Part shown: positions 8,748 through 17,770 of the stretch, piece by piece
Numbering within the stretch: the stretch's first letter is position 1
How the letters are laid out: each line of letters starts with the position of its first letter
NCBI GenBank assembly: GCA_034430695.1
Contig: DAOUEE010000198.1
Span: forward strand, 739-64,738
Direction of reading: 5' to 3'
Origin: Anaerolineales bacterium
Lineage (GTDB): Bacteria; Chloroflexota; Anaerolineae; Anaerolineales; E44-bin32
DNA: 64,000 nucleotides
Program-made: the position numbers and the translations under genes
The notes under the pieces: generated by a model
The model's database searches: none
Told to the model about the DNA's origin: nothing
What the model saw: the letters and a program-made list of their open reading frames with translations, nothing else

Positions 8748-9689
8748 ATGAATCCGTTGGTGATATTGGTCATTGTCGTTGTCGTCGTCGTCTTTGCGAT
8801 CGCCCTGGTCATCGCAGGCATCAAGGCACCGCAAGCCAGCGATCCCATTTCGGACCGCCTGGCGGAATATTCTGCAAGCGACATACCGCTAACGCTTGAA
8901 GACCTCGAACTATCCCAGGGTTTCTTCGAACGAATTATCTTGCCTATGTTCAATAAAATAGGCAATATTGCCTCGCGCTTCACACCGCAGGCAACGCTCG
9001 AGAACGCACGAAACCGAATCGAGATGGCGGGCAACCCTATGCAATTGGATCCCGCATTCTTCTTGGTCCTGCGGGTGATTGTGGGCGTCTTGTTCGGTGG
9101 AGCGATCTTCCTCGTTTACACTTCGTCGGGCAGGAACTGGCTGCAAGGCCTGGGATTGTCTGTGCTTTTCACCGCTCTCGGGTTTTACTTTCCAGACTTG
9201 TGGTTGACGAGCAAGATTAAATCGAGGCAAAAGGCGGTATTTCGCGCCTTACCCGATGCGCTCGATTTGCTCAACGTCTGTGTCGAGGCGGGGCTTGGTT
9301 TTGATGCCGCTATGGGGAAAGTCCACGAGAAGTGGGAGGACGATCTCTCTATGGAGTTCGGTCGTGTGCTTCAGGAGATTCGACTGGGAAAATTGCGCCG
9401 GGAAGCGCTGCGCGACTTGTCCGACCGAGTCGATGTGCCCGAACTGACTTCCTTCATCGCCGCCGTCATCCAATCTGAACAGTTGGGCGTGAGCATGGCG
9501 AAGGTTCTTCGTATTCAATCCGACCAGATGCGAACCCGCCGGCGTCAACTCGCGGAGGAGGAGGCCGGTCGTGCACCGATCAAGATGGTGTTCCCCATCG
9601 GCTGTCTCATCTTTCCATCGATTTTGATTTTACTGCTCGGGCCTGCTGCTCTGACCCTGATGACCTCTGCCTTGGCTGGCATCTTCTAA
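8748..9689 (+). CDS. tadC: Tad platform membrane protein TadC
   Basis: LPDALDLLNVCVEAGLGFD, QSEQLGVSMAKVLRIQSDQMR, KMVFP motifs. Confidence 0.9.
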   Translation: MNPLVILVIVVVVVVFAIALVIAGIKAPQASDPISDRLAEYSASDIPLTLEDLELSQGFFERIILPMFNKIGNIASRFTPQATLENARNRIEMAGNPMQLDPAFFLVLRVIVGVLFGGAIFLVYTSSGRNWLQGLGLSVLFTALGFYFPDLWLTSKIKSRQKAVFRALPDALDLLNVCVEAGLGFDAAMGKVHEKWEDDLSMEFGRVLQEIRLGKLRREALRDLSDRVDVPELTSFIAAVIQSEQLGVSMAKVLRIQSDQMRTRRRQLAEEEAGRAPIKMVFPIGCLIFPSILILLLGPAALTLMTSALAGIF

Positions 9690-9724
9690 TCAAATCGTAC
9701 GGGAATGCAACTAGAGGGGGTTTA

Positions 9725-10456
9725 TTGCCGCGCACGATTTTCAACCGATGTAGACGTCTATCGAAACGAGCGCTGGATTCCTGCCTAGATATATTCTTTC
9801 CGCCGTATTGTGTGGGATGCGGCCGACAGGGGGAAATCTGGTGCCAGGATTGCGTTCAAGAGATTGAACCCATTTCCGGTCGACTCTGCCCTTCGTGCGG
9901 ATTGCCTTTGATTTCGACAATGCAGTGTGGTTCATGCCGCTCAGAGGAGCTTCCCTTTCATGCGCGCTCTTATGCCTGGTATCGAGGGCCAATTTGTCGG
10001 GCTTTGGTGCAGTTGAAGTACCGGCCGGACCGACGCTTGTCCGACTGGCTGGCTAATCGGCTGATAGAGATCGTCTCTAGAGAAGCATGGCCGAGCATGA
10101 CGGTAGTTCCCGTACCCTTAAGCCGAAAAAAATTCAATCGAAGAGGGTATAATCAAGTGGACTTGATTGCTTCCGGCGTGGCTCGGAAACTAGGGCAACC
10201 CTATCGAGCTTCTGCACTCCGTCGGATTCGGGATACACGCTCTCAAGTAGGTCTTTCTCCCGATGCCCGCAGACGGAACGTGCAAGGAGCTTTTAGAGCA
10301 GACAGCCGGAAAGTACGTGGGAAAAACATCTTGATCATCGACGATCTGTTCACAACGGGTGCAACTCTGTTGGCATGTACTCAGGCTTTGCGGAGCGCTG
10401 GCGCGGAGCTTGTGTTTGCGCTTACCGTTGCGCGCGCCAATCATGCTGATTTCTAA
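9725..10456 (+). CDS. comF: ComF(C) family protein (double zinc ribbon plus PRTase-like domain)
   Basis: FPPYCVGC...WCQDC...CPSC...CGSC, VPVPLS, RGYNQ, ILIIDDLFTTGATL. TTG start after GAGGGG. Confidence 0.9.
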   Translation: MPRTIFNRCRRLSKRALDSCLDIFFPPYCVGCGRQGEIWCQDCVQEIEPISGRLCPSCGLPLISTMQCGSCRSEELPFHARSYAWYRGPICRALVQLKYRPDRRLSDWLANRLIEIVSREAWPSMTVVPVPLSRKKFNRRGYNQVDLIASGVARKLGQPYRASALRRIRDTRSQVGLSPDARRRNVQGAFRADSRKVRGKNILIIDDLFTTGATLLACTQALRSAGAELVFALTVARANHADF

Positions 10457-10482
10457 GCTATTACATACTAAGAGGATATTTG

Positions 10483-11052
10483 ATGACCATAAAAGTGATG
10501 ATTAACGTCAAAGATATGGATTTAAGCGATCGTTTACAAGATTACATTACGAAGAAAGTAGAAAAGTTGGATCGTTATCTCGATATTCTCCAGGAGGCGA
10601 AGGTCGATTTGCAGTATGTGAAATCTGCCAGAAATGCAAACGATCGTCAGGTCGTTCAGCTTACCGTGCGGGGAAAAGGCGTGCTGCTGCGCGCCGAAGA
10701 GCGCACGGATGATATTTTTGCTTCCGTAGATGCAGTCATGGATAAAGTGTATCGACAAATCGAACGGTACAAAGGCCGACGATGGCGCGGCCGGGGAGAT
10801 GGACGTTCGGCTTCCGATCTCGCCATGGATCTATCCAACTCACCTGAATCAGGAATAGAAGCGGAAGGCACCATCGTGCGGCGGAAGCGTTTTATCCTAA
10901 CCCCGATGGACGAATTGGAAGCGATCGAGCAAATGAGCCTCGTTGGTCATGAAGACTTCTTCATATTTCTCAACGCTGAAAGCCGTTCGATTAATGTGCT
11001 CTACCGGCGCCGAGATGGAACGCTTGGCTTGATCGAACCCGAGATCGACTGA
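10483..11052 (+). CDS. hpf: Long ribosome hibernation promoting factor (HPF/RaiA)
   Basis: ITKKVEKLDRYL, DIFASVDAVMDKVYRQIERYK; C-terminal dimerisation domain PMDELEAIEQM...FFIFLN...INVLYRRRDG. Confidence 0.92.
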   Translation: MTIKVMINVKDMDLSDRLQDYITKKVEKLDRYLDILQEAKVDLQYVKSARNANDRQVVQLTVRGKGVLLRAEERTDDIFASVDAVMDKVYRQIERYKGRRWRGRGDGRSASDLAMDLSNSPESGIEAEGTIVRRKRFILTPMDELEAIEQMSLVGHEDFFIFLNAESRSINVLYRRRDGTLGLIEPEID

Positions 11053-11120
11053 AAATCTCGAACCGTTACCGCAGCTGATGATCCTTCATCTGCCTGCATG
11101 ACTCTGCGCCCGGAATTTCA

Positions 11121-12263
11121 ATGTCTACGTTTCCCGTTATCATTATGATGTCACCGGTCGGCAGTTCTCCAGCCGAGGGTTGGGTCGCCCAAGGGCGTCG
11201 AGCGGCCGCATGCGATCTGGTCCAACGATTGGGCCAAGTTCGATGCGTGGGGGAAGTCTTCGTGCTTGCAGCCGATCCAATGGACCGCAAAGCCCTAGTT
11301 CAGCTCGGTGCGGTCCCGCTGGCATCATCTGCCGGAACGTTCCACTTCGGACGAAGTCTGGCGAAAATCATCCTGGAAAACCATTTCCAGCAAATTGGAT
11401 ACTTCGGGGGTGGAAGTGCGCCGTTGATGACGGAGGGCATGCTGCAGGAAGTCTTCGACCGGATGGATCATTTGGGAAAGCCCTCTGCCCTGGTAAACAA
11501 CTACCACTCAACGGACTGGATGGTGTCCAATCGGGGGGATGTTTTTTCCCGGATTCAGGATCGCTTGGAAACGGATAACTCACTCGGTTGGGTCCTGGCT
11601 CAGCAGGTCGATTTCGAGGTCCAAGCCGCAGATTTCGGGGCTGCGAGCCGGGTCGATATCGATACACCGACCGATCTGCTGATGCTGCATCGGCATCCAT
11701 CGTTGGGGGAGGCCCTCGAGGGGTTCATCCAGGCCGCTCCGCCCGAGAATCTGGACAAGGTCGATAATTTACTTGATGTCATGAGCACGCCTGCCAGCAC
11801 CCTCACGCTGATCGGTAGGACGTCCCCTCATGTTTGGAAAACCCTCAACGATCGAACACAGATCTGGGTTCGCGCATTCGCTGAGGAGCGCGGCATGATC
11901 GCCAGCCGGCGGTTCGAACGGGGGGAAGTTCGCTCGCTGGTTGGAGAGATGCTGGAGGATTGGGGAGTTCAGCGATTTGTGGATTTTATCACAAACCTTT
12001 CGGACGGCGTTCTCTGGGATACACGTGTCTGGATGGCGCATCGAGGTCGATGGCCTTCTTCAGGAGATCGATTTGCCTCGGATCTGGGCTGGGTGGATGC
12101 TGTCCAGGATGAGGCGCTGAAAAGGCTCACGCAAGCCGTAAGCCAATCCGACGTGCCGATTCTCTTGGGGGGACATTGCGTCGTTGCCGGGGGGATTTAC
12201 GCTTTATTGGAATCTCGAAAAAAAACAGATTACCAACCTTCGAGGAAGGATCGCCAGTCCTGA
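11121..12263 (+). CDS. Hypothetical protein with a CofC/FbiD-like (GT-A/nucleotidyltransferase) N-terminal fold and an unknown C-terminal domain
   Basis: DIDTPTDL motif, GGGSAPL and NNYHSTD in positions matching CofC-like motifs. ~180-aa C-terminal extension unassigned. Confidence 0.5.
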   Translation: MSTFPVIIMMSPVGSSPAEGWVAQGRRAAACDLVQRLGQVRCVGEVFVLAADPMDRKALVQLGAVPLASSAGTFHFGRSLAKIILENHFQQIGYFGGGSAPLMTEGMLQEVFDRMDHLGKPSALVNNYHSTDWMVSNRGDVFSRIQDRLETDNSLGWVLAQQVDFEVQAADFGAASRVDIDTPTDLLMLHRHPSLGEALEGFIQAAPPENLDKVDNLLDVMSTPASTLTLIGRTSPHVWKTLNDRTQIWVRAFAEERGMIASRRFERGEVRSLVGEMLEDWGVQRFVDFITNLSDGVLWDTRVWMAHRGRWPSSGDRFASDLGWVDAVQDEALKRLTQAVSQSDVPILLGGHCVVAGGIYALLESRKKTDYQPSRKDRQS

Positions 12264-12733
12264 TTTTCGGGTAAGTGCGTGCCGTAGAGATACAAAGCGC
12301 TGGCGATGGGTTCTTGGGGTTCTCGCAGCAGATTCATATGCGCTGCCTGTAAATTCCGTCCGCCTTTCTTGAGATTGCACGCTTCGCAGGCCGTGACGAG
12401 GTTGTTCCAACTGTATTCTCCCCCCTGGTGGCGTGGAACGACGTGATCCAACGTCAAGCGATGGGAGCGCATGCCGCAGTACTGGCATCGATAATCATCA
12501 CGCCGAAAAACTTCGCGTTTCGTCAGGCGTACGCGTGGACGAGGCCGTTTCACCATGTAATCCAGGCGGATCACCGAGGGGCGAGGAATTTTCTGCCGCA
12601 CGGTCCGGATGAAGCCGCGGCCGTTCAACAGCATCTCCGCTTTTCCTGCCATGAGCAATCCAAGGGCTCTGCGTGTATTGCACACGTTCAACGGTGCGTA
12701 GTTCGCGTTGAGCAGAAGCACTGGTTCGTTCAT
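12230..12733 (-). CDS. HNH endonuclease
   Basis: VLLLNANYAPL N-terminus; RDDYRCQYCG, LTLDHVVPRHQGG, NLVTACEACNLKKG. Confidence 0.9.
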   Translation of the reverse strand: MNEPVLLLNANYAPLNVCNTRRALGLLMAGKAEMLLNGRGFIRTVRQKIPRPSVIRLDYMVKRPRPRVRLTKREVFRRDDYRCQYCGMRSHRLTLDHVVPRHQGGEYSWNNLVTACEACNLKKGGRNLQAAHMNLLREPQEPIASALYLYGTHLPENQDWRSFLEGW

Positions 12734-12803
12734 TCATTCAGCCTCGAATAATGGCGGATTATATCATTATCTGTTCCACTTCGCATTCTCGAGGCTTCAC
12801 GAC

Positions 12804-12841
12804 AAAAAAGCCTGGCGAAATCACACTCTACGCCAGGCTTT
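12804..12841 (-). terminator. Intrinsic terminator of the phnDCE operon
   Basis: 11-bp stem AAAGCCTGGCG/CGCCAGGCTTT followed by a U run on the minus strand. Confidence 0.85.
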
Positions 12842-12860
12842 CGGGAACGAATGGCATTAC

Positions 12861-14375
12861 TCAGACGAAACGCTGCCTGATCTCCGCACTGACGTTGTCC
12901 AGCGTGGCAACGGTTAGGATAATGAACCAAACGGCGATGCCGGCTGCCTTGAAGTCGAGCAGGCGGATCCATTGGATGAGCAGGTAGCCGATACCGCCGC
13001 CGCCGACGAGGCCGATGATGGTGGACATACGCACGTTGATGTCCCAGCGGTAAATCGTGAAAGAGACGAACGGCGGGACGATTTGCGGAACTACGGCATA
13101 GACCACAGTCTGCAGCCAGTTGGCGCCGGTGGCTTGAACTGCTTCGATCGGGCCGTGATCGATCGACTCGATCGCTTCGGAATACAACTTACCCAACGCA
13201 GCGACGCTGTGCAACGTAAGTGAGATGATGCCCGCGAAGGGTCCCAGGCCTACAATCGCGACCGCGATTACGGCCCAGATTAGAGGCTCCACGGAACGAA
13301 CGATGTTAAGTAAGGTGCGGACGATGTAATAGATCAGAAGCGTTATCCACGTTCCGGACATCAAGTTTTTCGCGGCGAAGAAACTTACCGGCAGGGCGAG
13401 AATGATGCCGAAAAAGGTCGCCATCATACCCAGAAATATCGTTTCGATCATTTTTGACATTGCCAACATCAGAATTTCCGATGGTCCGATTTCCCCGGTG
13501 GCGGACAGTTGCCTGGCTTTGATCTTCCATATTTGCGGTCCCTCGGCGCTCGAGGGAACCAAGCGATAGGGTATGACGATGTTGAATTGGAGCCCCCCCT
13601 GATCGTCGGTCGTCAAAATCAGATACTCACCCTCCTGGCGCGCACGGAACTCGTTTGCCAGCGGATCCGACCAGAGTATTTCCGTCTCCGTGTTCGGTGA
13701 GAAGTTCCCTACTTCGATCGACAAGGTCGTACCCGGAGCCCCATCCTGTTGGCTGAGGTTTCCACACGTCGGCGTGGTGCGAATCCATGGATCTTCCGTT
13801 ATCGGATTGGGTGAGGGAGGGTTATCGGTGCATGGGATTTGGATGTTCTGAGAGGCCGCAACTTCGGTTTCGGCCCTCGAGACTGCTTCCTCCCATGGCC
13901 AAAAGATTTGCGATATGCGGTATTTGGACTTTCCGAATTCGCGTGCGAAAAGCGGTAAGTCGATCTTTCCAATTTGCCACCCAAGCAGGAAGAATGTAAC
14001 CAGAAGCACGAGGAATACGCGTGTGGCGCCCTTGGTTTTCCTCGCGGCTACCTGATAAGCGTCGAAGATAATGAGTAGATATAGAATGAAAGCGACGATA
14101 CACGTGACGAGAAGGATGGGCTGCAATCTCAAAATTTTATCGATGATGTCACCGAGTTTGCTTACCTTCTGCCCGATTTTGATGACGTCTTGATTGATAC
14201 GCCAAATCGTTAAACCAAGAATCGTGAAGAAGCTTGCGATGATCAAGATCCCGCGCTGCCAGGCGCGCGCCAACACGTGTCCGAAGCCCGGCACAACGAT
14301 GGACACCAACATAGCGATGACGGGGTGAACGAGACTGGGCTTCTGTTCCGTCTGCGTATTTTGGACCTTCGTCAT
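12861..14375 (-). CDS. phnE: Phosphate/phosphite/phosphonate ABC permease PhnE with extra N-terminal TM and extracytoplasmic domains
   Basis: C-terminal PhnE core (RSVEPLIWA, GKLYSEAIE, AVQATGA, YRWDINVRMSTIIGLVGGGGIG); 504 aa. Confidence 0.88.
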   Translation of the reverse strand: MTKVQNTQTEQKPSLVHPVIAMLVSIVVPGFGHVLARAWQRGILIIASFFTILGLTIWRINQDVIKIGQKVSKLGDIIDKILRLQPILLVTCIVAFILYLLIIFDAYQVAARKTKGATRVFLVLLVTFFLLGWQIGKIDLPLFAREFGKSKYRISQIFWPWEEAVSRAETEVAASQNIQIPCTDNPPSPNPITEDPWIRTTPTCGNLSQQDGAPGTTLSIEVGNFSPNTETEILWSDPLANEFRARQEGEYLILTTDDQGGLQFNIVIPYRLVPSSAEGPQIWKIKARQLSATGEIGPSEILMLAMSKMIETIFLGMMATFFGIILALPVSFFAAKNLMSGTWITLLIYYIVRTLLNIVRSVEPLIWAVIAVAIVGLGPFAGIISLTLHSVAALGKLYSEAIESIDHGPIEAVQATGANWLQTVVYAVVPQIVPPFVSFTIYRWDINVRMSTIIGLVGGGGIGYLLIQWIRLLDFKAAGIAVWFIILTVATLDNVSAEIRQRFV

Positions 14376-15172
14376 TTCGCACCCCCGTTCGATCCAATTT
14401 CGCCTTGGATGCCGCCGACACGTTCCGCTTCTTCACCGTAAATGTTTTTAAATTCTCGATCCGTCATAGCGCGGATATCTTCACGTGAGCCTTGATACAC
14501 GACCTCACCGTTCATGAGGCCGATTACACGTGTGGCATAGCGTTGTACCAGGTCCAGGTAGTGCAGGCTGCAGATAATGGTTATCTTCTCCTCCTGGTTT
14601 AACCACTCGAGTCTGTTCAAAAGAGAATGGGCGAGGACAGGGTCGAGGCTGGCGACGGGTTCATCAGCCAGGATCATGCGTGGTTCCTGCATCAACGCTC
14701 GAGCCACACCCACGCGCTGTTGCTGTCCGCCGCTCAACTCATCCGCTCGTTTATGGGCTTGATCCAGTATTCCCAGCCGTTCGAGTGCGCCCAGTGCACG
14801 ATCCCGGTCTTCATGCGAGAATTTGCCGAAGAGGCTGCGCCATGCCGTGGTGTATCCGAGGCGGCCGGTGAGGACGTTGGTCAGTACGGAGGACCGCTTC
14901 ACCAGGTTGAAGTGCTGGAAGACCATGCCGATCTTCCTGCGTACGTTGCGCAACTCCGTCCCTTTCAACTTGGTTAAGTCAATGCCGTCCCACATGATCT
15001 CCCCTTCTGTGGGGTCGATCAGTCGATTGATGCAGCGCAGCAATGTTGATTTGCCTGAGCCGCTCAAACCAATGACGATCAGGAATTCCCCGTCGTCGAC
15101 CGAGAAATTAACATTATGAAGCGCAACAGTTCCATCATTGTAAATTTTGGTGAGATTGCGTACTTCTAGCAT
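14372..15172 (-). CDS. phnC: Phosphonate-type ABC ATPase
   Basis: GLSGSGKST, VLTGRLG, LSGGQQQRV, ILADEPVASLDP, SLH. Confidence 0.92.
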   Translation of the reverse strand: MLEVRNLTKIYNDGTVALHNVNFSVDDGEFLIVIGLSGSGKSTLLRCINRLIDPTEGEIMWDGIDLTKLKGTELRNVRRKIGMVFQHFNLVKRSSVLTNVLTGRLGYTTAWRSLFGKFSHEDRDRALGALERLGILDQAHKRADELSGGQQQRVGVARALMQEPRMILADEPVASLDPVLAHSLLNRLEWLNQEEKITIICSLHYLDLVQRYATRVIGLMNGEVVYQGSREDIRAMTDREFKNIYGEEAERVGGIQGEIGSNGGAK

Positions 15173-15191
15173 TAATATCTCCTAATAACGA

Positions 15192-15221
15192 AAGGGGGGA
15201 CAAGTTGACTTGTCCCCCCTT
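15192..15221 (-). other. Perfect hairpin between phnD and phnC (probable mRNA stabiliser)
   Basis: AAGGGGGGACAAG-ttga-CTTGTCCCCCCTT, a 13-bp stem between the binding-protein and ATPase genes. Confidence 0.7.
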
Positions 15222-15267
15222 GCTTTCACAAACTCACGACCGGAAAATACTCCAGGCCAATGGTGGT

Positions 15268-16161
15268 CTACTCAAGGTCAGTAGCTGAAATGCCGGCTGC
15301 GTCGAGTAATTGCCTGAACGGATCATAGAAGGTGTCATCGTGTGCTTCAAGACCACTCCAAGAGTACGCCTCATCCAATGCCGCTTGGCCTTCTTCCGTT
15401 TGAGCAATTGCCAACAGGGCATTGACGAGTTGTGTCTTGATATTATCATCCAAACTTGGGACGAATTGTACACCGTCGTTGGGAATATCGGTGGTCTGGA
15501 ATATGACCTTAACAACATCCATTACGTCGGGATGTTCTTCTTCGATCGTCGTGCGCGCATCGACATAGGATGCACCGGCCACACAATCACCGTCGTACAC
15601 GCCGGCGACAGCGCCGTCGTGTGAACCAGCGTCCTTGGGTACTACTTCCACGCCGGCGGCTTTGAGCTCGATGCTGGGGATGATCCAACTGCTGGTACTC
15701 AACGCATCTGCACGGCAGAACGTGGCGCCATCGAGCTGCGAGATGTCGCCGATTCCGCTATCGGTCCGGACGAAAATCTGGCCGTTGTAGGTCGGGCTGC
15801 CAAAGCGAACGGCGACGAGTGCCGCCTCTGCACATCCTTGATCAGCTGCGCGGATGTAGGAGAATGTATTCAGGGAGCCGATTTGGGCTTTCGGTGGATC
15901 GCTGCACATCGCCTCGATCGCGCCGGTGTTCTCCGTAGCGACCAGGACGTCCACTACCAGGCCGGTCTCTTGGTAAATCAAGGCGGCCATGGCTTCGCCA
16001 CCGGCGGTGACCGTCTCGACCTCTCCAGAGGGTACGAAAACCCACACGAGTGGATTCTCCTCTGTCCCTAGTTCGGCTTTCTTGGAGCAAGCGCCGATCA
16101 TAAGCGCGCCGATAACTAGAAGGCTTATAATCGCAAGTCCCAACAAGCGTTTTGTACGCAT
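15268..16161 (-). CDS. phnD: PhnD-family substrate-binding lipoprotein
   Basis: Lipobox MIGA-C, FVPS, YNGQIFVR, DALSTSSWIIP, HDGAV, IPNDG. First gene of phnDCE. Confidence 0.88.
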   Translation of the reverse strand: MRTKRLLGLAIISLLVIGALMIGACSKKAELGTEENPLVWVFVPSGEVETVTAGGEAMAALIYQETGLVVDVLVATENTGAIEAMCSDPPKAQIGSLNTFSYIRAADQGCAEAALVAVRFGSPTYNGQIFVRTDSGIGDISQLDGATFCRADALSTSSWIIPSIELKAAGVEVVPKDAGSHDGAVAGVYDGDCVAGASYVDARTTIEEEHPDVMDVVKVIFQTTDIPNDGVQFVPSLDDNIKTQLVNALLAIAQTEEGQAALDEAYSWSGLEAHDDTFYDPFRQLLDAAGISATDLE

Positions 16162-16292
16162 AGTCCTTCCTTCCTCCTCTGCAGTTGTAAGATACGGATA
16201 TTCTTAGTTACCAATTGGAAAAAAATGGGGTGTTCGTGAAAAGGTTTTGTCTGTGCTCACCTCCTCCTGTATGAACTTGGTGAACCCCTTTC

Positions 16293-16321
16293 ATCTTAGC
16301 GCGAAAATGGGCCGATTGCAA
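16293..16321 (-). promoter_or_regulatory. sigma70-type promoter of phnD
   Basis: Minus strand TTGCAA, 17 bp, TAAGAT. Confidence 0.65.
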
Positions 16322-16334
16322 GAATTAACCGAAC

Positions 16335-16363
16335 TTGTGTCTTTCGGCAGTGAAAGATAAAAT
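16335..16363 (+). promoter_or_regulatory. folC promoter (near-leaderless)
   Basis: TTGTGT, 17 bp, TAAAAT; the ATG is 9 nt downstream and has no SD. Confidence 0.55.
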
Positions 16364-16372
16364 CTGTCTTCC

Positions 16373-17770
16373 ATGGATGAACAACGCTATCAGGAAGCTT
16401 TGGACTACATCTACAGCCACATCGATTACAGCGTCGAACGAAGCTATCGCTACGCTGCGGAAGTCTTCGATCTATCGCGCGTCCGCACTTTGCTTGACGC
16501 CCTCGGCAATCCACAAGATGCGTATCCCACGATTCACATCGCCGGAACGAAAGGTAAGGGCTCGACCGCGGCGCTGATCGCTTCGGTGACACAAGCAGCC
16601 GGCTATCGGACGGGTTTGTACACTTCGCCGCACCTGCAGCGCTTTACCGAGCGTATCTGCGTCGACGGGATCGAGATTTCGGAAACGGAAGTCGCGGACC
16701 TCGTCGAAGAAATCAAACCCCACGTCGCCGGGATCAGCGGTTTGACCGCTTACGAAATTATTACAGCGCTTGGCTTTCTGCACTTCCAAAAACGTGAAGT
16801 CGAATGTGCCGTGATCGAGGTGGGATTGGGCGGGCGTTTGGACGCGACCAATGTGATCCATCCGATGGTGGCAGTAATTACGTCTTTGTCCTACGATCAC
16901 ATGCACCTGCTGGGTAACAGTCTTTCCGATATCGCTCGAGAGAAAGCGGGGATCATCAAAGCGGGGGTACCTATTGTTCTGGCGCCGCAAATGTTCGAAG
17001 CCGAGGTCGTAGTGGAAGCCGTGGCCGAAGAACTCTCAGCGCCGCTGGTGAAAGTCGGCCGAGATTGGCTCTTCTCTCCCGGTAAACATTCGCTCGAAGG
17101 CCAGAGTTTTTCTGTGTGGGCTTCGCAGGAACAACCTTTGATGGACACGTTTGTAGAATCGGCGGGTATCGAGGAATGGGTTCCACCGCGATTCTTCATT
17201 CCCCTCCTCGGGCACCATCAGGTCGTCAATGCTGCCGTGGCGTATGCTGCGCTGCAGTGTATGCGCGATCGTGGTTTGAAAATTCCTGAAGCGGCGATCC
17301 ACGAAGGATTCGCGTCGGTCCGCTGGCGAGGAAGGCTGGAGATCGTTTCACGCTCTCCCTTGGTGCTCGTAGATTCAGCGCATAACCGCGATTCGGCTTT
17401 GAAGCTTCGTATCGCCCTGGACGATTATTTTCCGGGTCAACGCGTAATCCTGGTGTTCGGTGCTTCGGCCGACAAGGACATCAGCGGGATGTTTACCGAA
17501 CTGCTTCCGCGTGTTTGGCGATTGATCGTGACACAGGCCGTTCACCCGCGTGCGGCGGATCCGGAGGATCTCGCGGATCTGGCCCATGCTTCTGGCGTCA
17601 GTGTGGACATCATCGTGCCCGTTGCGGATGCACTTGCGCGTGCTATGAAGGATGCAGGAAGCGAGGATGTGATATTGGCTACGGGCAGTTTGTTCGTCGT
17701 CGGCGAGGCGATCGCTGCGATCGAAGCAATGGAGAAAGAAAAATCTGAAGACGTAGAAGAGGGTGCGTGA
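16373..17770 (+). CDS. folC: Dihydrofolate synthase/folylpolyglutamate synthase
   Basis: [43 protein letters not shown]. Confidence 0.95.
   Translation: MDEQRYQEALDYIYSHIDYSVERSYRYAAEVFDLSRVRTLLDALGNPQDAYPTIHIAGTKGKGSTAALIASVTQAAGYRTGLYTSPHLQRFTERICVDGIEISETEVADLVEEIKPHVAGISGLTAYEIITALGFLHFQKREVECAVIEVGLGGRLDATNVIHPMVAVITSLSYDHMHLLGNSLSDIAREKAGIIKAGVPIVLAPQMFEAEVVVEAVAEELSAPLVKVGRDWLFSPGKHSLEGQSFSVWASQEQPLMDTFVESAGIEEWVPPRFFIPLLGHHQVVNAAVAYAALQCMRDRGLKIPEAAIHEGFASVRWRGRLEIVSRSPLVLVDSAHNRDSALKLRIALDDYFPGQRVILVFGASADKDISGMFTELLPRVWRLIVTQAVHPRAADPEDLADLAHASGVSVDIIVPVADALARAMKDAGSEDVILATGSLFVVGEAIAAIEAMEKEKSEDVEEGA

Noticed and set aside
12230-12733. HNH gene as a mobile element or defence island
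   Set aside because: No flanking repeats, intron context, methylase or compositional shift; it looks like a common stand-alone HNH family member.
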